64,000 bases of DNA from a virus, in IMG/VR virus record IMGVR_UViG_3300022231_000010, positions 1 through 64,000 of that record; one strand, given 5' to 3'. Position numbers and translations under genes: made by a program. Under the pieces are notes generated by a model. The model had not been told where the DNA came from and did not search any database. It worked only from the letters and a program-made list of their open reading frames with translations. Shown here in pieces: positions 32,747 to 40,030 of this stretch (the first letter of the stretch is position 1; every line of letters begins with the position of its first letter).

Positions 32747-33289
32747 ATGAATGCCAATATCCAATCCATCAAACCATTCAACTTCAGCGGCGGCCAAGCA
32801 GTCGAAGCCATCGGACTCTCCGGAGGCCAAACGATCAAAATGATCTTCTGGAACCATCCGCTGCAAGGATCAATCCAGCCCGGAGTGACCGTGGATATCC
32901 GTGAAGATGGAAAGACGTCGAAGTGGGACAACTACAAAGGAGAAGATCGCTTCAACATCCGAGATAAGGCATCTGTTACCATCCTTCCGGGAGGTGCTGC
33001 ACCACAAGCATACGCACCACCTGTCCAGCAAGCCCCTCAACAGCCCGAATACGGCGCTACGCCATACCATCCGACTCCTGAACCAACTCCGGCCTATCAA
33101 GCGCCTGTAGCCGCTCCTGAGGGAAAAGGAGAGGCTGTTCTCGCAAGAGCAGCAGAACTTCAACACTTCTACGTGTCACAACTCGTAGGAAAAGGCTTCA
33201 GCCGGGAGGAAGCTGTCACCATCAGCTCAGGCGCAGGCAATGCTGCTGAGATCACAGCCAAGTGGTGGTTCGGAGAAAAAGGAGCATGA
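32747..33289 (+). CDS. Hypothetical protein with a Pro/Gln/Ala-rich central linker
   Basis: 180 aa. N- and C-terminal globular parts are joined by APQAYAPPVQQAPQQPEYGATPYHPTPEPTPAYQAPVAAP. Confidence 0.7.
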   Translation: MNANIQSIKPFNFSGGQAVEAIGLSGGQTIKMIFWNHPLQGSIQPGVTVDIREDGKTSKWDNYKGEDRFNIRDKASVTILPGGAAPQAYAPPVQQAPQQPEYGATPYHPTPEPTPAYQAPVAAPEGKGEAVLARAAELQHFYVSQLVGKGFSREEAVTISSGAGNAAEITAKWWFGEKGA

Positions 33290-33552
33290 TTTCGATTCCA
33301 GAACAAACCTTCATCGTCCCGTATGCACTTCTCATCGAAAGCGAAGAGAAGACAAAAAGAAGAGATCAGATCAAGCAATGGTTGGATGAAGGCAAGACAG
33401 TCGTCTTCAAGCTCAAAGGAACCAACATCGTCAAAACCATCCGCGAGTGGAAGGAAGACAAAGATGGCGATCTCTTGGCTGATACATGGACCGGCAAAGT
33501 CCCAAGCATCTGCTGGGAATCCAATCAATACGAAGTAAGCTGGGAAGAATAA
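33286..33552 (+). CDS. Hypothetical protein
   Basis: 88 aa from the ATG at 33286 (ATGA overlap). Confidence 0.65.
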   Translation: MISIPEQTFIVPYALLIESEEKTKRRDQIKQWLDEGKTVVFKLKGTNIVKTIREWKEDKDGDLLADTWTGKVPSICWESNQYEVSWEE

Positions 33553-33628
33553 GATTCAATGGAGGAATAGAGCCAAGGGAGAGCCTTGGACAAGGTTGCT
33601 CATGCCTCGTATGAACACCTCCACCTTT

Positions 33629-33705
33629 GCTTCAGTAGCTCAATCGGATAGAGCAACGGATTTCTAATCCGTAGGTTGTCTGTTCAAGCCAGACCTGAAG
33701 CACCA
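33629..33705 (+). tRNA. trnR: tRNA-Arg (anticodon UCU), CCA encoded
   Basis: GCTTCAG TA GCTC AATCGGATA GAGC A ACGGA TTTCTAA TCCGT AGGTT GTCTG TTCAAGC CAGAC CTGAAGC A CCA. All four stems are fully Watson-Crick. Confidence 0.9.
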
Positions 33706-33718
33706 ATCTCCAAAAGCC

Positions 33719-34036
33719 ATGAATGAAGCGCAAATCCAAGAACTACTGATCAAACATCCAATGCCAGAAGGCTGCGTTCTAATTGGATGGGGAGGGAAAA
33801 AGATCAAGTTTAGTGAAGAAGCAAAGCCTAAATGGGGAATGAACTTCGATGGCTTTGGAGCTAAAAAATGGGGCCACATCAAAGATTACTATCCTGGTAG
33901 AGCAGGCTGGAGACCAGAATCTGTTAACTGCCTCTACGCAGACTACCCAGACTCTGAAATAGCCAAGCTAAATGGACTTGGAAGGAATTCCCGATACAAC
34001 AATCACTTCACAAAAGAGGCAAATCATGGACTTTAA
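33719..34036 (+). CDS. Small paralogue-family protein (PEGxVxxGxG type, RYNNHF tail)
   Basis: 105 aa. HPMPEGCVLIGWGGKKIKF ... NSRYNNHFTKE. Confidence 0.65.
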   Translation: MNEAQIQELLIKHPMPEGCVLIGWGGKKIKFSEEAKPKWGMNFDGFGAKKWGHIKDYYPGRAGWRPESVNCLYADYPDSEIAKLNGLGRNSRYNNHFTKEANHGL

Positions 34037-34241
34037 GAAAGGCGATAGAGTTAAGGTGATTCACAGCCTAGGAGATATATTGACTGCTGGAAGCGAATGG
34101 AATGTAGTTGGGACATATAACAATGGAGGCAATTTCCTTCAGCTTAGATCTGACGATGGAAAATACACAGATGGCTGGTGTATGTGGAGATTCAAGCTGG
34201 TCATACAACACACAAGAAAGAGAAAGAGCCTGATCAAATGA
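34026..34241 (+). CDS. Small paralogue-family protein (WRF core, HTRKRKSL tail)
   Basis: 71 aa from the ATG at 34026. ...GWCMWRFKLVIQHTRKRKSLIK. Confidence 0.65.
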   Translation: MDFKKGDRVKVIHSLGDILTAGSEWNVVGTYNNGGNFLQLRSDDGKYTDGWCMWRFKLVIQHTRKRKSLIK

Positions 34242-34504
34242 GCTGGATAGCAGAAGTAGGAGACAGGCTTGAGGTAATCAAAGAACGACCTCAAGGAGCA
34301 TCAGAAGAAGTAGGAGCTATTCTTACTGTCGAAAAGCTGACAAAAGGCAAAGTCTGGACATCCATCACCGATGAAAGACACAGACTTGCAATGAAAGCCT
34401 ATCAGGACGGCAGGTGGGTCTTCGATCAAGGAAATGAATCACTAAAGCTGCTACCTCGCCACACACGCAAACGCGTAAGCCTTCAAAAGATTTCGGGCAA
34501 ATAA
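34238..34504 (+). CDS. Small paralogue-family protein (HTRKRVSL tail)
   Basis: 88 aa from the ATG at 34238 (ATGA overlap). ...LKLLPRHTRKRVSLQKISGK. Confidence 0.65.
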   Translation: MSWIAEVGDRLEVIKERPQGASEEVGAILTVEKLTKGKVWTSITDERHRLAMKAYQDGRWVFDQGNESLKLLPRHTRKRVSLQKISGK

Positions 34505-34985
34505 TGGGAGCTTTCCCTGTTCCCTAAAAGCAACAGCCCAAGCCATAGGGAGAGTTAGATAACCTGATCCAGCAGGGTGAAAGCACTGGAAAAGCGTGTG
34601 TCGGATAGCGGCGATTCCAGCAGGTTGTAACCCTGCCTCGAAAGACACGCAGGTTCGAGTCCTGACGCACGCACCATTTTCCCGGTGTCCTAGGAAACGC
34701 CGGAAAGAGGACCACAGCTCTAACTGTGGAGGTCGAGCTGGTAAGACCATAGTAATCCAGATAGCACCCTGAAGCGAATAAACAGGCCCAGATTCGACGG
34801 GCAGAACGAATCGGCACCCTTGCCACAGTAGGGATAATGTTCGCCACTGGAACGGCGGTTCACTTTCCAAGATTAAGAGTAGCCTCCCACTCTTTAAAAA
34901 CGAAGGCCTTCGCTGTGCGAAGTAAACCAACAGGATAAGCGACTTCGACTGTAACCGAAGTGTCCACTTTCTACACAGAAACATC
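34505..34985 (+). ncRNA. ORF-free structured region C containing tRNA-Tyr
   Basis: 481 nt with no credible plus-strand ORF. tRNA-Tyr is embedded at 34594..34676 and is flanked by multiple 5-7 bp hairpins (for example 34942..34961). Confidence 0.35.
34594..34676 (+). tRNA. trnY: tRNA-Tyr (anticodon GUA), long variable arm, CCA encoded
   Basis: GCGTGTG TC GGA TAGCGGCGAT TCC A GCAGG TTGTAAC CCTGC CTCGAAAGACAC GCAGG TTCGAGT CCTGA CGCACGC A CCA. There is one G.U in the acceptor stem and one mismatch at the base of the T stem. Confidence 0.75.
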
Positions 34986-35891
34986 ATGGCCATCACAAGA
35001 CTTACAGCCCTCCTAAGGAAAGGAGATGAGAACGCAATCGCGCAATTCGGAGAGCGAATCCATGCTGGCGAAGACCCAGCTAAGATCCTCAAAGAGGCCA
35101 TTGCTATCGCCAATGAAGCACCACCGGCCACAAGGCGAGTAGAAGAGAACCTGTTCAATCTCGTCGGTAACGATAAGCTGATCTTCGAGTCTGGTGTCTT
35201 CCGACTGACAGGAACGATCAACCAAGCTGAAGCACGTGAGATCGTAAAATACGCGGTCAACATGCTGAATGACTCTGAATCCATCTCAAACATGGCAAGA
35301 TGGGTCATTGGCAACATCGCTACCATTCTGGAAGAAGCTGGATTCTCTCTGGGTGACTTCGTTGAAGCTACGGAAATGAACTACAACACGGTTGCTTGTT
35401 CAGCCCGGACATTCCGTGAGTTCAGGAACAAGCGATACCGACTTTCTTTCGCCCACCACAAGGAGATCGCCTACCAAGCGGAGCTGACCGAAGAAGGCAA
35501 ACATGCCATCCTTCAGCTCTGTGAAGAGCAAGGCATTCCTGTCCTCAAAGCCCGTAAGATCGCCAAAGGCGTGCGGGAGAAGATGAAAGAAGGACAAATC
35601 GAAGACTGGGCTCAAGCAGCGCAGCAAGCACTGATTGAGATTACCGATGAACCCACAACCAAGTCACTTTACCTGCTCATCCTTCCCACTGGGCCTCAGA
35701 TCATTGATCGAAAGCCAAGTGACGCAGAAGTCGGAGGAAGCCTTGGTGCCTACAAGCTCTCCAAAGTCATCAAAGACGCTGGAGAAGAGACTGGAGAACG
35801 AGAAGAAGCTGAAGCAGGAGTTCCGGAGCCTGTGCGCCCAGATGATGATGATGTCAGAGTCCCAATCGGGGCAACTGATGTCGGATTCTGA
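34986..35891 (+). CDS. Hypothetical replication-module protein with an acidic C-terminal tail ending in Phe
   Basis: 301 aa, immediately upstream of the primase-helicase. The tail ...EREEAEAGVPEPVRPDDDDVRVPIGATDVGF resembles the acidic tails of SSB or gp2.5-type proteins (weak inference). Confidence 0.7.
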   Translation: MAITRLTALLRKGDENAIAQFGERIHAGEDPAKILKEAIAIANEAPPATRRVEENLFNLVGNDKLIFESGVFRLTGTINQAEAREIVKYAVNMLNDSESISNMARWVIGNIATILEEAGFSLGDFVEATEMNYNTVACSARTFREFRNKRYRLSFAHHKEIAYQAELTEEGKHAILQLCEEQGIPVLKARKIAKGVREKMKEGQIEDWAQAAQQALIEITDEPTTKSLYLLILPTGPQIIDRKPSDAEVGGSLGAYKLSKVIKDAGEETGEREEAEAGVPEPVRPDDDDVRVPIGATDVGF

Positions 35892-36024
35892 AAAAGAGCA
35901 GATTGACTTCATTGAGGCCAATTTCGGAACATTCCTGGCGGTCATGGCAGCCGCAGCCAACAACAAGATCTGCCTGATATCCGCAATCATAGAAATCCGA
36001 AGCAAATGGCTAGAATCAACCTGA
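35878..36024 (+). CDS. Hypothetical small protein (48 aa; start uncertain)
   Basis: MSDSEKEQIDFIEANFGTFLAVMAAAANNKICLISAIIEIRSKWLEST. Alternative Met codons begin at 35842. Confidence 0.35.
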   Translation: MSDSEKEQIDFIEANFGTFLAVMAAAANNKICLISAIIEIRSKWLEST

Positions 36025-38798
36025 ACGAACTACATGAAGGACTCAAATCTCACCTCGATGACTTCGCTGTAAGCTACTTCCCCGAGGCTCAAAAGGACAG
36101 CAAAGGCTACCGAATAGGATCTGTTGCTGGAGAGAAGGGCAAAAGTCTGTGGTTCGGCTCGGAAGGATTCCGTGACCATGCAACTGGAGAAAAAGGAAGT
36201 CTGATCAAGTTGATCTCATTGAGCCGTGGAATCGGCATCATCGAAGCAGCCAAGGAACTAGCCAACAAGATTGGAATCCAATGCAGCGAGGACAAAGAAC
36301 TCTCAGAAACCAAGCCAAGCCGTGTCATTCTCGATCACATTACCGAGCCATGGAAGAAGTGGCTGGAAGGAAGGGCTCTCGACTATGACTTGGCTCTGGC
36401 GGCTGGTGTTCATAGTGTTGACAGTGGTGATCTTGCGATCTTGCACAGAGACACCAATGGACGAACCGTGTCCATCAAATACCGGACTCCAAATGGAGCA
36501 TGGAACCATCCGGGCGGGAATCACGTTCTTTGGCCCCTAGAATACACGTCACGGGCTTTTGAGGATGCTGAGACAATCTACATCACAGAAGGCCATTGGG
36601 ACGCTCTAGCAGCCATTCAGTGCGGTTTCCCGGCCGTCTCGATCCCACAAGGAGCAAGCAACACAGATTGGATTGCCAATTGCTGGAACTTCATCAAGTC
36701 ATTCACGACTATCGTGCTTTGCTATGATGGTGACGAACCCGGTATGATGGGGCTTCGGAATGTGGTTCAACGGCTCACAGAAGGCGTTCGGATCATCAAG
36801 TATCCAGAAGGCTGCAAGGACATCAATGACATCCTGAGGAACTGCGGAGTAGATGAAGTCAGAAGGGTTCTGACGAATCATGAAGACTTCGTGCCGGAGA
36901 ACATGGTCTTGGCTTCAAGCCTAATCGAAGCTGCTCTGGAGGATGTGAACTACGAGTTCGAGCATGAAACGGCATTTGGCCAGAACTTCCCATTCAGATA
37001 CAGGCCCAATGAAAGCACTGTCTATTGTGCTTATACAGGCCACGGGAAGGCTCTAGACCTCAATACTCTGGTTCATACGCCAAAAGGACTTAAGCCAATA
37101 CTTGAAATTCAAGAGGGAGATCTTGTAACAACACCATTTGGCGACAGTAGCCGAGTTATTGCAACGTCAGAGATCTTCACCGATCATGATTGCTTTGAGA
37201 TCGAATTCGACAACGGAGCGAGAGTGGTGGCAGACGCAGGACACCTGTGGCTTACGGACTGCCCTCAAAGCAGAGCCTCAAAACAAAGGTCTTCAAAGAG
37301 AGGAAAGCCGACTTCTAAGAAGGCGAGTAATCAAGATCACAAAAAGGTCCAATCAAAGATCAGGACAACCGCTGAGTTATACGCAGATCAAAGAGGGGTA
37401 TATGACGGCAGAGTCAAATACTCTATCGACCTAGCCAATCCATTCATGGGATTCACTGATCCAACGATCAAGATCCCAGGATACACTCTTGGAGCATGGC
37501 TCGGAGATGGAACATCCTCAGGAGGATCAATGACATGCCACATTGATGATAAGCAAATCATCGAAGAGATCGAAAAGGATGGTTACAAAACAACCAAGAG
37601 ATCGGGTAAATACTCATGGGGGATCTATGGTCTACTGAAGAACCTCAGAGAAGCCGGGGTTCTGAACCATAAGCATATCCCAGAAGCTGCCCAACGAGCA
37701 GACATCAAATACAGACTGGCGTTGCTTCAGGGCCTGATGGATACCGACGGCTCCATAACCAATGGCCAATGCGAGTTCTGCACAACGAAGATTGAACTAG
37801 CTGAAGGAGTTCTTAGGTTGGCATCAGGACTTGGAATCAAAGCCCGGATGTATGAAGGAGAAGCCACACTTGATGGTAAGTTCGTCTCCATGAAATACAG
37901 GATCATGTTCACGACTAGAGTTCCTGTATTCAGGCTTAAGAGGAAAGCTGAAAAGATCCCAACAAAGACTAACATCGCCACCGAAAGGGTCTTCATCAAA
38001 TCAATCAGGTCCACTTACAAGAGGCCTGTAAAATGCATTCAGATCGAAGATGCTCATGGACTATTCCTTATCACTGAACAAGGAATCGTCACGCATAACA
38101 GCTCCACCATCCGCCAGATGGCTTTGCACTTTTCTGCCAAGTATGACGAGAAGACATTCATTGCTTCATTCGAGGACACTCCAGAAAGTCTTACAAGGTC
38201 TCTGATCCAGCATCTTGGACCAAGGGTGCCACGTGACATCGTAGAAAAGCTGCTGTCCAACATCCTGATCTACGACACAACGCAGATCGACAAGGTCAAG
38301 AAGGCCCACAAGGTCAAACCAGAGACAATCATCGCTCTCTTTGAACACCAGTTCAAGAGATATGGATATCGCCATTTCGTGGTGGATAACCTGATGACTC
38401 TGGATGTCGATCGTCAGGACAACAACAGCCAGTCCAACGCTGCGGACATGTTCCGTCAGTTCGTATTGAGCTATCCAGTCCATCTTCACCTTGTAGCGCA
38501 CCCACGCAAACCACCAAGCAAGACCAAGCTGGAACCACCAGATCCATCGGAGATCCGTGGTGCTTCCGAGATTGCGGATATGTCTTGGAACATCTTCTCC
38601 CAAATCCGAAACATCGAGAAAGGAAGAATCATGGACGGAATGGTCATCCAAGGCCAGACACCAGATCGTGTGCAGCAATACGACCGAACTGAGCCAGATG
38701 CCATCATCCACATCAAAAAGCAACGGACAACAGGAGATCTACCAACGCTTCACCTATGGTTCGACAAAGCGACCAGAACCTTCAGAACCAAATACTAA
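36006..38798 (+). CDS. Primase-helicase (TOPRIM plus DnaB/gp4-like helicase) interrupted by an intein
   Basis: 930 aa. TOPRIM motifs: IYITEGHWDALAA ... VLCYDGDEPG. The Walker A motif YTGHGK|SST is split by a 350-aa insert. Helicase motifs follow downstream (HFVVDNLMTL, LVAHPRK). Confidence 0.85.
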   Translation: MARINLNELHEGLKSHLDDFAVSYFPEAQKDSKGYRIGSVAGEKGKSLWFGSEGFRDHATGEKGSLIKLISLSRGIGIIEAAKELANKIGIQCSEDKELSETKPSRVILDHITEPWKKWLEGRALDYDLALAAGVHSVDSGDLAILHRDTNGRTVSIKYRTPNGAWNHPGGNHVLWPLEYTSRAFEDAETIYITEGHWDALAAIQCGFPAVSIPQGASNTDWIANCWNFIKSFTTIVLCYDGDEPGMMGLRNVVQRLTEGVRIIKYPEGCKDINDILRNCGVDEVRRVLTNHEDFVPENMVLASSLIEAALEDVNYEFEHETAFGQNFPFRYRPNESTVYCAYTGHGKALDLNTLVHTPKGLKPILEIQEGDLVTTPFGDSSRVIATSEIFTDHDCFEIEFDNGARVVADAGHLWLTDCPQSRASKQRSSKRGKPTSKKASNQDHKKVQSKIRTTAELYADQRGVYDGRVKYSIDLANPFMGFTDPTIKIPGYTLGAWLGDGTSSGGSMTCHIDDKQIIEEIEKDGYKTTKRSGKYSWGIYGLLKNLREAGVLNHKHIPEAAQRADIKYRLALLQGLMDTDGSITNGQCEFCTTKIELAEGVLRLASGLGIKARMYEGEATLDGKFVSMKYRIMFTTRVPVFRLKRKAEKIPTKTNIATERVFIKSIRSTYKRPVKCIQIEDAHGLFLITEQGIVTHNSSTIRQMALHFSAKYDEKTFIASFEDTPESLTRSLIQHLGPRVPRDIVEKLLSNILIYDTTQIDKVKKAHKVKPETIIALFEHQFKRYGYRHFVVDNLMTLDVDRQDNNSQSNAADMFRQFVLSYPVHLHLVAHPRKPPSKTKLEPPDPSEIRGASEIADMSWNIFSQIRNIEKGRIMDGMVIQGQTPDRVQQYDRTEPDAIIHIKKQRTTGDLPTLHLWFDKATRTFRTKY
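37050..38099 (+). mobile_element. Intein (350 aa) with a LAGLIDADG homing-endonuclease domain, inserted in the helicase P-loop
   Basis: N-terminal block ALDLNTLVHTPKGLKPILEIQEGDLV, starting with Ala. Two LAGLIDADG motifs: LGAWLGDGTSSG and LALLQGLMDTDGS. Block F is VKCIQIED and block G is GIVTHN, followed by Ser+1. Excising it restores GHGKSST. Confidence 0.85.
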
Positions 38799-38803
38799 CG
38801 ATC

Positions 38804-39214
38804 ATGTTCTTTGAGAAATACTTCCTAACCCATCTGGAAGAAGCCATTCAGATGGCTTGTGAGCAGACATGGGGACATCGGTTTGACAAATACCAAGTCA
38901 GATCCATCACGAACATCAACATGGATGGGGAAGAGACCTATCTTGTAGTCATGCACGACGGCAAGATGGTTGCTCCAATCACAGCCTATATCGTGCAGAC
39001 GGATGAGCTGGATGCTGATGTCCTACATGCTGATTGTGGTCTTTCCGGTGTTCCGAAGCCACTGAGCCCAGAGCTTGGCAAAGAAGCATCAGGAGAAGGA
39101 CTATATGTCATAATCGACCAATGCTACGGCTACTTCGTGAATGAAGAAGCTCTAGTGCTTGGCCGGGCATTTCTCGAAGAACAAACGGAAGAAGAAAATG
39201 AGCCAGAAGATTGA
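38804..39214 (+). CDS. Hypothetical protein
   Basis: 136 aa from the ATG at 38804. Confidence 0.65.
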   Translation: MFFEKYFLTHLEEAIQMACEQTWGHRFDKYQVRSITNINMDGEETYLVVMHDGKMVAPITAYIVQTDELDADVLHADCGLSGVPKPLSPELGKEASGEGLYVIIDQCYGYFVNEEALVLGRAFLEEQTEEENEPED

Positions 39215-39485
39215 TCAAAAGGTAGTAGTGGAAGACCGAGGAGAGGTGCTTCTTGGTAATGTGGGCAAATACAGCATGGGCGTTAAACAACGCTCTGGAG
39301 TAAGCACCACCTTCTACATCTCAATCCCACAAACCGATGTCCCAGAAGGTCAGAAAGACCCGGTCGTGACAGGATCTGGGATGAAAGTCTGGAAGTTGCA
39401 TGATAACTGCGATGACTTCAAGCCATCCAATGATGCAGACAGAGAGGTGAATATCGCAAAGCTTCTAGCAGGACAAAAGCTGTGA
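39198..39485 (+). CDS. Hypothetical protein
   Basis: 95 aa from the ATG at 39198. Confidence 0.6.
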   Translation: MSQKIDQKVVVEDRGEVLLGNVGKYSMGVKQRSGVSTTFYISIPQTDVPEGQKDPVVTGSGMKVWKLHDNCDDFKPSNDADREVNIAKLLAGQKL

Positions 39486-39958
39486 GCGACACCGCAGCAC
39501 CCGAAGGCGGGGTGATACTTGGATACGGAGAGACGTTCAAAGTTCCTACATATGGTTTCAGAGGTTGGGTCAAATGCTCGCCCCACAATTGGCTTGCCCA
39601 GTCGTTAATTACTGATCCGTATGACAATTGCCTCTACGCCGCCCCCTACGACTCCGAAGTAGTCCGCCTCAACCGCCCCTCCGGCAATCCCGGTCAGGAG
39701 ACGGGGACGGACTATGCCGCTTCTCTCGGGGCAATGGCCCACAATTACCAAAACGGACACTCATGGGACGATCTCGATGGCGAAGTCTGTTTGAAAGCCG
39801 CCGCCGAACTCACCACCGCCCGCGAGGCGATCCTGGGCCATCAAGATACGATCCGGGAAATAAAAGAAGCAATGGAGGAAATTCTTCCATACCTGCACTC
39901 CTACAAAAAAGTTGAAGATGGACCATATCAAACAATAGAGAAAATCCTCAAAAGATAG
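39482..39958 (+). CDS. Hypothetical protein, last gene of the rightward arm
   Basis: 158-aa ORF with a GTG start that overlaps the upstream TGA. Confidence 0.65.
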   Translation: MSDTAAPEGGVILGYGETFKVPTYGFRGWVKCSPHNWLAQSLITDPYDNCLYAAPYDSEVVRLNRPSGNPGQETGTDYAASLGAMAHNYQNGHSWDDLDGEVCLKAAAELTTAREAILGHQDTIREIKEAMEEILPYLHSYKKVEDGPYQTIEKILKR

Positions 39959-39963
39959 AATCC

Positions 39964-39987
39964 AGCCCTCTTCGGAGGGCTTTTTCT
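39964..39987 (+). terminator. Rho-independent terminator at the convergence point of the two arms
   Basis: AGCCCTC TTCG GAGGGCT followed by TTTTTCT. A second hairpin, GCCCA AGTGC TGGGC, lies just before the end of the giant minus-strand gene. Confidence 0.7.
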
Positions 39988-40030
39988 CTGGTCTATGACT
40001 TGCAGAGTAGGGCAGCCCAAGTGCTGGGCC

